Below, one piece after another: positions 34,630-43,638 of a stretch of DNA of 64,000 bases (its first letter is position 1; the number at the start of each line of letters is the position of its first letter). A model generated the notes under the pieces. That model had not been told where the DNA came from, made no database searches, and saw only the letters and a list, made by a program, of their open reading frames with translations. The position numbers and the translations under genes are program-made. This stretch comes from an uncultured Fibrobacterota bacterium (lineage in GTDB: Bacteria > Fibrobacterota > Chitinivibrionia > Chitinivibrionales > FEN-1185), in NCBI GenBank assembly GCA_963753345.1, contig CAVWBU010000026.1, positions 64,001 through 128,000 of the forward strand, written 5' to 3'.

Positions 34630-34774
34630 GCGGGAAGCCTGCGGCGTCTTCTCGAAGAGATACCACGGCCTATGGCCGTCCCCTGTCGGGGACTTTACCC
34701 CTCTGCGGGTCCCTCTTCAGGGATGCCCGAAGGGGCATACTTCCAAGGGTCGTGGTTCTTTACTGTCCTCCCGC
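34630..34774 (+). other. Structured element (long closing stem with four internal hairpins) upstream of greA
   Basis: Stems GCGGGA/TCCCGC and ACCACGGCC/GGTCGTGGT enclose the hairpins GTCCCC-GGGGAC, ACCC-GGGT, CCCT-AGGG and ATGCCC-GGGCAT. Confidence 0.6.
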
Positions 34775-34792
34775 TTCATTTCGGAGGTATCT

Positions 34793-35278
34793 ATGGATGA
34801 CGGACTCATTTACCTGAGCAAGGAAACTTTTGACAAGCTGCAGGAGCAGCTCACGACGCTCAAGACCACGCGCCGCAAGGAAATTTCGGTGCAGCTCCAC
34901 GACGCGCGGGCGAACGGCGACCTCGGCGAGAACGCCGAGTACGAGGTCGCCAAGGAGGAGCAGACGTTCAACGAGATCCGCATCCGCGAGCTCGAAGACA
35001 AGCTGGCGCGCTCACGCATCATCAGGGAAGAGGACCTGCCGCAGGGGAAGGCGGTGCTCGGCACCACGGTGCGGCTCCGCGACCTTGACACATCGGAGGA
35101 AATAGAGTACATGCTGGTATCGGAGGTGGAGGCGGATTTTGCGCAGGACAAGATATCGGTGTCGTCGCCCGTGGCTAAGGGACTTCTGGGGCACAAGGAG
35201 GGGGATGCCGTTGAGATCAAAGTGCCGAAGGGAATACTGAAGTACAAGATACTGAAGATTGAGCGGACAGCGAAGTAG
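34793..35278 (+). CDS. greA: Transcription elongation factor GreA
   Basis: ARANGDLGENAEYEVAKEEQ, ISVSSPVAKGLLG; GGAGG RBS. Confidence 0.97.
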   Translation: MDDGLIYLSKETFDKLQEQLTTLKTTRRKEISVQLHDARANGDLGENAEYEVAKEEQTFNEIRIRELEDKLARSRIIREEDLPQGKAVLGTTVRLRDLDTSEEIEYMLVSEVEADFAQDKISVSSPVAKGLLGHKEGDAVEIKVPKGILKYKILKIERTAK

Positions 35279-35302
35279 AAAAAGAAATAATCAAGCAAGA
35301 TA

Positions 35303-35381
35303 TGGAAAGGGCTCTGCCCTTTAGATCCCGCTTGGAAAATGCTTATTATAGCCCCCTCCAACCTCCCCCGAGGGGAGGCTT
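35303..35381 (+). repeat. Intergenic repeat, family D, copy 1
   Basis: GGAAAATGCTTATTATAGCCCCCTCCAACCTCCCCCGAGGGGAGGCTT, similar to 59755-59839. Confidence 0.75.
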
Positions 35382-35409
35382 GACAACAGCGAAGTCGACA
35401 AGTTGATGT

Positions 35410-36544
35410 TCACATCAGTCTTCTTGATGCCTCATCCCCGATCATCATTCCTTTCTCCGTCAACGCCCAATGTGTTCCCTTATGCGTGATGAGTCTATCG
35501 TTCAATAATGCATCCAGAGCTTGTTGCCTGATTCCGGAATAAAACGATTCTCCGGTCGTATCAAAAACCAATTTCTCATCCAATCCATCCGTGGTTCGTA
35601 GTTGCAGGAAAATCATCTCGGATATCAATGTTGTTTTATCTATTGTTTCTTCGAAGTCAACCGCTCTTTTCCCGTCATTGATCAACGATACATATCGTTT
35701 GACGTCGCCAACATTCGCCCACCGCTTCGGATGAACATACGAATGAGCTGCGGGTCCCAATCCGATGTACGGCGAATGGTTCCAGTACGCTTCGTTGTGC
35801 CTGCATCGAAATCCCGCCTTTGCGAAATTCGAGACCTCATACCTTTCAAATCCGTGTTCCCGGGAGGTGCTGAAAAGTGTTTTAGCCATTTCGACAACTT
35901 CGTCCTCGTCCGGCAGCGGCAGATGCTTTGCCTTCCCGAACGGCGTGTCCTTGCAGATTGTCAATTCGTATGCGGAAAGGTGACGGATGATGTGGGCAGA
36001 AAGCAAAGCATCAAGAGAGTGTCTGAATGATTCGATGGTCTGATGAGGCAGGCCGTACATCAGGTCCGCGCCGATTGATTTGAAAGCCGGCAAGGGCCGG
36101 AGATTCGAGCGCCTTCCACGCCTGTTCTGCAGAGTGGGGTCTGCCGAGGTATCGCAGTTCATCATTGTTGAGGGACTGTATCCCGAATGTCAATCTCGTG
36201 ACGCCCATTGCTCGCCAGAAATCCGCCTTCTCTTCAGTGAATGAATCCGGGTTGCACTCGATTGTCCATTCAACGTCATCGGCAAGGTTCAAATGATTCA
36301 TCAATGATGATTGCAATGCCAGCCATTGTGAGATTGACAAGATCGACGGCGTGCCGCCGCCGAAAAAGATGGTCTTGATGACAGGGTCTTTGAGCCCGAG
36401 TTCATTCTTGACAAGAAACCATTCCTTTGCAAGCGAGGAAATAAAACTGTCGGCAGTTGATTCTTCATAGGGAATAGAATAGAAATCACAATATTCGCAC
36501 TTCTTGACACAGAATGGAACGTGAATGTAGAGTGAGAGGTCCAT
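35410..36544 (-). CDS. hemW: Radical SAM heme chaperone HemW (HemN-like), interrupted by a +1 frameshift at about 36084
   Basis: SLYIHVPFCVKKCEYCDF and FGGGTPS in ORF 36011..36556; ADLMYGLP, YEVSNFA and HNEAYW in ORF 35410..36165. Removing one T from GGCTTTCAAA fuses them. Confidence 0.85.
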
Positions 36545-36729
36545 TATTTTTGGCAACGATTCCAGGAAATCAGCTTTGAGAAAATATAGATGAAGGAATA
36601 GAGGGGGTGCGGTCGTGTGAAAAACAGAGATAGCGCTATGGGTTTACATAGGCGGAAAAGTACTGATTATATGAGAATGAAGGGGGTGGTTTCTTGCGCC
36701 AGGGGCAACGGAGGGTGTGCTAGAGCACA

Positions 36730-36824
36730 TTGCCGGCCGACCCGGCCGTTAGGCAAAGGGCGGTCCGGCAACGAGGCGAATAGCCGAGCCCGGAGGAGAA
36801 CCGGTGCCTAAAGCAGGCGCCCAA
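36730..36824. repeat. Intergenic palindromic repeat related to family C
   Basis: GAGGCGAATAGCCGAGCCCGGAG...GGCGCCCAA resembles 63097-63207 without the insert. Confidence 0.5.
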
Positions 36825-36866
36825 CTTCGAGATTAATTTACCAGAAAAGAGCAGAAAAATTACAAA

Positions 36867-39248
36867 TCATCCACACTTCGAATACCCGCACGTCTTGCAC
36901 ACCGCGCATCCTTCCTCGTGGACAAGGATGGTGCCGCATTGCGGGCATTGCGGACAGAAGCCCAGGTCGAGGCCCGTGTACTTGATCTTTGCGGTCTCAC
37001 CGCCGGCGCTGTCGCTCTTGCCTTCGAAATCCGCAATACCCTGCTCAAGCACATGGCCGATCGCGTCCGCGCACGAAAGGATCATCTCGCCTTCCATCCA
37101 GGTGGGGATGGGGCAGCGGATGCCGCGCAATTGCTCCGCAATGGATTTCGGGTCCACGCCGGCGCGAAGGGCCAGGGAGATGAGACGCGAGACCGCCTCG
37201 GAGTTGGACGCAGGGCAGCCGCCGGATTTCCCCATCTGGGTGAAGATCTCGCACAGGCCCACGCCGTCTGCGTTGACATTTACATACAGGTTGCCGCATC
37301 CGGTCTTGGTCTTGTAGGTGCGTCCGTGCGTTACCGCGGGCCGCGGGCGCGGGTGGATGGATCCCGGGGCCGCAACCGAGGCGTCGATCTGGACTGCGCC
37401 CTTCTTTGCCGATGTTCCGGAGGTTATCACCTGGTTCTTGCGCGTGCCGTCGCGGTACACGGTGACGCCCTTGCACCCGAGTTCGTATGCGTAAAGAAAA
37501 ACCTCCTCGACGTCCTTGGCGGTGGCATCGTGCTTGAAGTTGACGGTTTTCGACACGGCGTTGTCGGTGTACTTCTGGAACGCGGCCTGGATGCTGATGT
37601 GCCAGCGCGGCTCGATGTCGTGCGCGGTGACGAAAATGTCGCGGATGCGTTTGGGGATGCCGTAGATCTTGCCCAGAGAGCCGGAGAAAGCCACCATCTT
37701 CATGAGTTCGTCGGAGTAGAATCCTTCGTCCTGGGCGACGCGCTTGAACTCGGGATGAACTTCGAGCAAATGCTGGCCGTCGAGCACGTTCTTTTCGTAG
37801 ACAATGGCGAACAGCGGCTCGATGCCGCTCGATGCGCCGGCGATCATGCTGATGGTGCCGGTGGGTGCTATGGTGGTTACCGTCGCGTTGCGCACCTTGA
37901 GCCCGCCCTCACGGTCGTATATGGAGCCCTTGAAATTGGGAAACACACCGCGTTCCTGCGCCAGAAACGCGCTCACACGGCGCCCTTCCTCGTTGATGAA
38001 CTTCATTACCTGTTCGGCCATGTTGGCCGCGGCGGGAGAATTGTACGGAATGCCGAGCTCGATGAGCAGGTCGGCGAATCCCATTACACCGAGGCCGATC
38101 TTGCGGTTGCCTTTTGTCATTTTATCGATCTGCGGCAGCGGATACGAATTCACCTCGATGACGTTGTCGAGGAACCGCACCGCGGTGCGGATCGTGTTGC
38201 CGAGCTTGAGAAAGTTTATTTCTTTTTTTCCGTTGGTTTCGGTGATCATGTGCGCAAGGTTGATGGAGCCGAGGTTGCACGATTCGTACGGGAGCAGCGG
38301 CTGTTCGCCGCAGGGATTGGTGCTTTCTATTTCGCCCAGCTGCGGCGTGGGATTGTCGGCGTTGATCTTGTCGAGGAACACGATGCCCGGCTCGCCGTTT
38401 TTCCAGGAAAGTTCCACGATGCGCTTGAACACCTGCGATGCCTTGAGCTTTCCCACCGGCTCGCCGCTGCGCGGGTTCTTAAGGTCGTATTCGCCGTCGC
38501 GCTTGAGCGCCTCCATGAATTCCTTGGTGATGCCGACGGAGATGTTGAAATTCGCAAGCACGCCGTCCTGTTCCTTTATCTCGATGAAGTCCATGATCTC
38601 CGGATGGGTGCAGTTGAGGATCCCCATGTTGGCCCCGCGCCGCGTGCCGCCCTGCTTCACGGTCTCGGTTGCGATGTCGAACACGCGCATGAACGACAGC
38701 GGCCCGCTCGACACGCCCTTGGTGGATTTCACCATGTCGTTCTTGGGGCGGATGTGGGAAAACGAGAATCCGGTGCCGCCGCCGCTCTTGTGGATGAGCG
38801 CGGTGTTCTTGACGGATTCGAATATCTCGTCCATGGAATCGCCCACGGGCAGCACGAAGCACGCGGAAAGCTGCTGCAGCTCCCGGCCAGCGTTCATGAG
38901 CGTGGGGGAGTTGGGAAGAAAATCGAGGTCGGTCATGGTGTTGTAGAATTTTTCAGTCCAGATGTCGGTGCTTGCGTCGGCGCTGAACTTTTTCTCCGCC
39001 GAGGCGATGTTCTCCGCGATGCGGAAGAACATTTCCTCCGGCGTCTCGGTCACCGTGCCGTTATCGTCCTTGCGCAGATACCGCTTTTCGAGCACCACCC
39101 GCGAATTGTCGGACAGCTTCACTTTTTTCTTGAGCAGGCGGTCTTTAAGGGATTCACCTTTCTCTTCGGCCTCTGCGGCCGCGTTCGGACGAACCACGGC
39201 CGACTTCACTGTCTTGTTCGCGGTACCAAGGGACATTTCTGATGACAT
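36867..39248 (-). CDS. nrdJ: Class II (adenosylcobalamin-dependent) ribonucleotide reductase with C-terminal TSCPD/Zn-ribbon region
   Basis: FLPNSPTLMNAG, SACFV, RRGANM, TNPCGEQ, TIAPTGTIS, KGVTVYRDG; terminal CPQC...CKTCGYSKC; no nrdB nearby. Confidence 0.92.
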   Translation of the reverse strand: MSSEMSLGTANKTVKSAVVRPNAAAEAEEKGESLKDRLLKKKVKLSDNSRVVLEKRYLRKDDNGTVTETPEEMFFRIAENIASAEKKFSADASTDIWTEKFYNTMTDLDFLPNSPTLMNAGRELQQLSACFVLPVGDSMDEIFESVKNTALIHKSGGGTGFSFSHIRPKNDMVKSTKGVSSGPLSFMRVFDIATETVKQGGTRRGANMGILNCTHPEIMDFIEIKEQDGVLANFNISVGITKEFMEALKRDGEYDLKNPRSGEPVGKLKASQVFKRIVELSWKNGEPGIVFLDKINADNPTPQLGEIESTNPCGEQPLLPYESCNLGSINLAHMITETNGKKEINFLKLGNTIRTAVRFLDNVIEVNSYPLPQIDKMTKGNRKIGLGVMGFADLLIELGIPYNSPAAANMAEQVMKFINEEGRRVSAFLAQERGVFPNFKGSIYDREGGLKVRNATVTTIAPTGTISMIAGASSGIEPLFAIVYEKNVLDGQHLLEVHPEFKRVAQDEGFYSDELMKMVAFSGSLGKIYGIPKRIRDIFVTAHDIEPRWHISIQAAFQKYTDNAVSKTVNFKHDATAKDVEEVFLYAYELGCKGVTVYRDGTRKNQVITSGTSAKKGAVQIDASVAAPGSIHPRPRPAVTHGRTYKTKTGCGNLYVNVNADGVGLCEIFTQMGKSGGCPASNSEAVSRLISLALRAGVDPKSIAEQLRGIRCPIPTWMEGEMILSCADAIGHVLEQGIADFEGKSDSAGGETAKIKYTGLDLGFCPQCPQCGTILVHEEGCAVCKTCGYSKCG

Positions 39249-39380
39249 TTAGTCCTGCTCCTTCACATTGGGAATTTTTCTTCCGCCTGCATCTGTTCAA
39301 TGGAATACGATTAGTAAGAGGGCGTGTTTCTAAAAATATGAACGGAAAGGCTTCGGGTCAAGCCAAAAAAGATTAATACA

Positions 39381-39428
39381 CCACAATATATGGTATAGAC
39401 TTTGCTGTCACCCACAAAGATATTGTGG
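39381..39428. promoter_or_regulatory. Tandem NrdR boxes upstream of nrdJ
   Basis: CCACAATATATGGTAT (39381-39396) and CACAAAGATATTGTGG (39413-39428), 32 bp apart, compared with the consensus acaCwAtATaTwGtgt. Confidence 0.8.
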
Positions 39429-39545
39429 TATGGGCAGACGGGCCTCATGGCCGGGAAAAAAAGCAGGCCGACAATCAGCTGCCATAACCGCCCAATGTTG
39501 TATTTTATCACCCTGCCTGATTTTTACCAAAGAGGAGAAACGCCC

Positions 39546-40644
39546 ATGTCCGAAAAACTCGAGAAGAGCACCCTTGTGGATCTTTCCGGCCGCGTCGACA
39601 ACCTCCGGAGGTATCTTTGACGTCGACGAAAAACGGAAATCTCTGGCCGAATGCGAGCTTGACACATCAAAAGAAGGTTTCTGGACCGACAACGAAAAGG
39701 CCCAGGCAACCCTCAAGAAGATAAAGACCCTCAAAGACGTCATCACGCTGTGGGACAAGACCAAGAAGGACAGCGACGACATCCTCGAACTGTTTTCGCT
39801 TTCCAAAGACGACAACGATCCGTCGGTGACCGCGGAGCTGCTGGAGCACGCCAAGGCGCTTGAAAAGGAAGTCTCGCATTTAGAGTTCGTACGGAAGCTC
39901 TCCGGCGAAGACGACGACAAGCCCGCCATCCTCACGGTGCACAGCGGCGCCGGCGGCACCGAGAGCTGCGACTGGTGCGACATGCTGTTCCGCATGTACT
40001 GCAGGTGGATGGAGAAAAAGGGCTATTCGTACACGGTCCTCGACAGCCAGCCCGGGGAAGGCGCGGGCCTCAAGAGCGTCACCGCACAGGTGAACGGCGA
40101 CTATGCGTTCGGCCATCTCAAGGCCGAAAGCGGGGTGCACCGGCTCGTGCGCATATCGCCGTTCGACGCGAACGCCCGCAGGCACACGTCGTTCGCCTCG
40201 GTGTATTCGTATCCGATCATCGAAAATGCCGACGACTTCGAGCTTGACGAAAAGGACATCCGTATCGACACCTACCGGTCCAGCGGCGCCGGCGGCCAGC
40301 ACGTGAACAAGACCGACTCCGCCGTGCGCATGACGCACCTCCCCACCAACATCGTGGTCGCATGCCAGAACGAGCGCTCGCAACTTAAAAACAGGGACGT
40401 TGCAATGAAGGTCCTCAAGTCGCGCGTGAGGCAGTTCTACAAGGAACAGGACGAGAAAAAACGCACCGACAAGCTTGCGGTGAAGAAAAAGATCGAGTGG
40501 GGCAGCCAGATACGCTCGTACGTTCTGCACCCTTACAACCTGGTAAAGGACCACCGCACCGACGTGGAGACCTCGAACGCGCAGGGTGTGCTGGACGGGG
40601 ATATCGATATGTTTATCGAGGCCTATTTGTTAAATTTTCAATAA
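39546..40644 (+). CDS. prfB: Peptide chain release factor 2 with programmed +1 frameshift
   Basis: MSEKLEK...RRYL then CTT TGA C (39615-39621), preceded by an internal SD GGAGGT; SPF and GGQ motifs in the +1 frame. Confidence 0.97.
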
Positions 40645-40657
40645 TGATAATAATACC

Positions 40658-40805
40658 TTTCCAAGTGGGGGAGGTATACCCCGTCGGGTACTTCCAAGGG
40701 TCGTCCCCCTCGCTGCGTCCCGGCGCGCTTGTCAAGAACTTTTCCACAATCAACAAACCGCGCGCCGGTACTCCGCTTCCCCCTCCTGGGTGGCCCCCTT
40801 GGAAA
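40658..40805. repeat. Palindromic repeat, family B, copy 2, carrying an inserted module A
   Basis: Terminal inverted repeat TTTCCAAG..GGGGG/CCCCCTTGGAAA; matches 7033-7120 plus the insert TACCCCGTCGGGTACTTCCAAGGGT. Confidence 0.7.
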
Positions 40806-40925
40806 TGCAGTTACAAGCGCGGGACGTTGTTGCGGGGGCACCCATAAGCGGCGGTTGTTTGGAGAAATCAAACGCTAAAGTGACATTGTCAATATTTCAG
40901 ATAAAAACAATGCGGGAGAAAAATC

Positions 40926-41684
40926 ATGTCAATATCCCGGGACAAAATCGTCAATTATTTGAATACCTTCCTTCAGATCGACAAAATCAAAGACTCCTCC
41001 TGCAACGGTCTGCAAGTTGAGGGCGTCAAGAATGTCGGGCGCGTCGGCCTGGCGGTCGACGCGTGCATGGCGGCGTACAAAAAGGCCGCTGCGAAAAGGT
41101 GCCAGATGCTCGTCGTGCACCACGGCATCATCTGGAACGGCCTCACCAGCATCAGGAGCGCGGTGCGCGAGCAGGTTCGTTTCCTCTTGGACCACGGGAT
41201 CAACCTCTACGCTGCGCACCTGCCGCTCGACATGCATCCCGATGTCGGCAACAATGCCATGCTCGCGCGCGCACTCGGGCTCTCTTCCGTAAAGCCGTTC
41301 GGCGAATACAAGGGCAACCTTATCGGATGTCAAGGAGTACTGCCCTCGCCGATGACCGTCGGGGACGTTGGCCGGGCGTGCAGGAAGGTCGTCGGCGGAA
41401 CATTCACCATGCTGCCCTTCGGGAAAAGGAAATGCCGGGCCGTCGCCATCGTCTCGGGCGGCGGGAGCGATGCCATCCCCGAGGCAATTGACAAAGGGAT
41501 AGACTGCTTCGTCACCGGTGAGCCCGCACATTCGAACCATCACGCGGCTTTGGAATCTCGGCTCAACGTGCTGTACCTCGGACACTATCACTCCGAGACA
41601 CTCGGGGTGAAGGCTCTCGGCGCAACCCTGAAGGGAAAGTTCGGGGTGGAGACGGTGTTTATCGGGGAGCCGACGCTGGTGTGA
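40926..41684 (+). CDS. Nif3-like dinuclear metal protein (YbgI family)
   Basis: NGLQVEG, LVVHHG, YAAHLPLD.HP..GNN, GHYHSE. Confidence 0.95.
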   Translation: MSISRDKIVNYLNTFLQIDKIKDSSCNGLQVEGVKNVGRVGLAVDACMAAYKKAAAKRCQMLVVHHGIIWNGLTSIRSAVREQVRFLLDHGINLYAAHLPLDMHPDVGNNAMLARALGLSSVKPFGEYKGNLIGCQGVLPSPMTVGDVGRACRKVVGGTFTMLPFGKRKCRAVAIVSGGGSDAIPEAIDKGIDCFVTGEPAHSNHHAALESRLNVLYLGHYHSETLGVKALGATLKGKFGVETVFIGEPTLV

Positions 41685-41799
41685 AAAAGCTCATCTGCAA
41701 AGGAACCATCCGATTCTGCGGTTTGTTGTTTGGCAATGATTTCATTGCCGTATCAGGCGTGGTAGTGCTTTTTTTCCTCCTCTAATCCATTTCTGGATA

Positions 41800-42204
41800 T
41801 TATTCCGGCATCAACATGGTTACATTGAGATGCACAAAGAAAGAATCTGCAATAGTATTATCATAATTTGAATAATTCATTTTGATTTCCGTATTTCCAG
41901 CACTTACCAACCAAAGGAATATATTATCTGTTCCACCACTTCCTGGCGTAACCGGCTGATTCTCCTGGTAATTTCTCTTGATTTCTTTTACCATTGATGT
42001 GTCTATCTTTACAATTTGCCAAGAATAACCTGTAGTTTGATTACTCGATAATGAAATAACAAGCGTATCAAATGTATTCAAATTTATAGTTGAATTATCC
42101 GATTCTGCTCCAATTCGAACGGATTTATAAAAACTAACATTGTTGTTGCAACAAATAAGCATAGAAATTGTTATAAGAAACATGAAGACACATTTAGCTT
42201 GCAT
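41800..42204 (-). CDS. Protease inhibitor I42 (chagasin-like) lipoprotein
   Basis: LSSNQTTGYSW and PGSGG motifs; Cys after a hydrophobic signal; markedly AT-rich. Confidence 0.8.
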   Translation of the reverse strand: MQAKCVFMFLITISMLICCNNNVSFYKSVRIGAESDNSTINLNTFDTLVISLSSNQTTGYSWQIVKIDTSMVKEIKRNYQENQPVTPGSGGTDNIFLWLVSAGNTEIKMNYSNYDNTIADSFFVHLNVTMLMPE

Positions 42205-42388
42205 GATTTGTCCTCCTTTTTCGCGCACTAACGTGAACAAGGTCAAGGCAAAATAGTAGCCCTCCCGTACACCTCGCTCCCGCTTCCGCCTGATGCCGGC
42301 CGGGCAATTTTAAGTTCCGTAAAGTAAAGCATTGACGATTGGGCGGTTGTGCCGTTCGCACCGTCCCGGCTAGAATCATCAATCACCC

Positions 42389-42859
42389 TCACATGCATCC
42401 GGCCTTTTCGTACTCGCTCACAATCGTGTAGCCCGAGGCGGCGCTGCGCTTGGCCAAAGCGCGCCTGTCAAGCGCCACCACGAGGTACTTGGTGTTTGCG
42501 TATTCGCAGGTGTACTTTGGATATTGGGTAACCGTGATGCCGGTGATTATTGCGGAGTCGTAGTCGGGGTGGGAAATTCTTGCCTGGTATATTGCCGGGC
42601 CGCCGGAAAAGCCGTAGGTGGAATCTGCGTCCAGCCAGAATGGATAGGGCTGAGCGCAGGTGTCGCAGGCGACAAGGGTGTCCCCCTTGTTATCCGTGAC
42701 TTTTATCGTTGCATGGACTATTGCCTGACCGCTTGATGCGTCCTGCAATCTGATTTTGAGCGCGGCGGACGTACATTCGGGGCAGATATAGCCTTTGGGC
42801 AAGAGGTCGCAGCCAAAGAGCATAAACAACATTAAGGGAAACAGCGAAATGATCTTCAT
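42389..42859 (-). CDS. Lipoprotein with carboxypeptidase-regulatory-like Ig domain
   Basis: Lipobox LFGC; DASSGQAIVHATIKV...YQARISHPDY. Confidence 0.65.
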   Translation of the reverse strand: MKIISLFPLMLFMLFGCDLLPKGYICPECTSAALKIRLQDASSGQAIVHATIKVTDNKGDTLVACDTCAQPYPFWLDADSTYGFSGGPAIYQARISHPDYDSAIITGITVTQYPKYTCEYANTKYLVVALDRRALAKRSAASGYTIVSEYEKAGCM

Positions 42860-42892
42860 GGGGCGCCTCCCTGGAAATATTGCTTTCCGGCA

Positions 42893-43636
42893 TCACTCTT
42901 TGAACTGCTTCAGACAATAAGATTCCCGCAGCTTCCCGCTCGAATAGTTGAGGTAGCCCACGCACCCAATGGCGGGATTGTAGTAGTAATAGCTCTCGTA
43001 GTTTGCTCCTGTCTCTTTGTAAAGGTAGCACTCCACAAAGCTGCCCGCGGTCATGGTCTGCGGGTCGGCGACAAAGAAGGCCGCGTGCGTGGACAGGATT
43101 TCCATGGTAACGGCAAACACCGGGTCGCCCGCGCTGTCCGGGTTGAACTGCCACGTTCTGCCGCTGTCGGCCGGGTAGGCGAGCCAGAGTTTTTCGGACG
43201 AAAACAGGTGCGGTTCGTTGTCGCGGTACCATCCGACCACGTATAATCCACGCTTGTCAAGCGAATAGTTCCCCCGGTGCGCCACGAGCGCGCCGCTGTC
43301 GCGGTTGTCCCATTCGTACTTGTAAACGTATGCCGCGAAGGTGTCGCCATAATTCTGCCAGGTGAGGGTCACCAGCTGCGTATCGTCGACCAGCCCGTAG
43401 CCGCTGGGAAGCGCAAGCGCCAGTTCGATTCTGCTTGGAGTAATCTTGTTGCCCAGCGAGTCGTATGCCGTCAATGAATACGTCCACGAGTTTCCGATTG
43501 CAAGCGGCAGGATGCTCGGCGTCGCGGGGAACGGAGGGTTCTGGGGCGTCCCGCTGGAGGTCGGGGCACGCAGGGCCGTGCAGCCCGCCAGAACCAGCAG
43601 GCTCGCCAGCAGAACAGTTACGCAAAGGGACCGCAT
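42893..43636 (-). CDS. Hypothetical lipoprotein
   Basis: Lipobox LAGC; LPLAIGNSWTY...YYYNPAIGCV. Confidence 0.7.
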   Translation of the reverse strand: MRSLCVTVLLASLLVLAGCTALRAPTSSGTPQNPPFPATPSILPLAIGNSWTYSLTAYDSLGNKITPSRIELALALPSGYGLVDDTQLVTLTWQNYGDTFAAYVYKYEWDNRDSGALVAHRGNYSLDKRGLYVVGWYRDNEPHLFSSEKLWLAYPADSGRTWQFNPDSAGDPVFAVTMEILSTHAAFFVADPQTMTAGSFVECYLYKETGANYESYYYYNPAIGCVGYLNYSSGKLRESYCLKQFKE

Positions 43637-43638
43637 CG

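Noticed and set aside
34630-34774. tRNA or 6S RNA identity for the greA-upstream structure
   Set aside because: No TTC T-loop or anticodon geometry, and it lacks the long rod with central bubble typical of 6S. Kept as an unassigned structure.
36075-36095. Programmed frameshift in hemW
   Set aside because: No stop codon at the shift site and no SD-like or hairpin stimulator. The same extra-base pattern recurs in unrelated genes, favouring sequencing error.
36740-36760. GTTAGGC attC-like core
   Set aside because: It is embedded in a GC-rich family-C palindrome with no matching inverse core or cassette ORF.
36918-39242. 774-aa plus-strand ORF, and similar long ORFs at 28032..30239, 3712..5892, 18321..20282 and 30909..32210
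   Set aside because: Antisense shadows of nrdJ, gyrA, the outer-membrane protein, mfd and gyrB, caused by high-GC codon bias. No motifs.
39250-39545. Cobalamin riboswitch upstream of nrdJ
   Set aside because: No B12-box or GGGAA/GCCCCCGC-type conserved elements seen. The NrdR boxes account for regulation.
39430-39620. N-terminal extension of the prfB ORF in the ORF track
   Set aside because: An artefact of the programmed frameshift. The true start is ATG 39546 in another frame.
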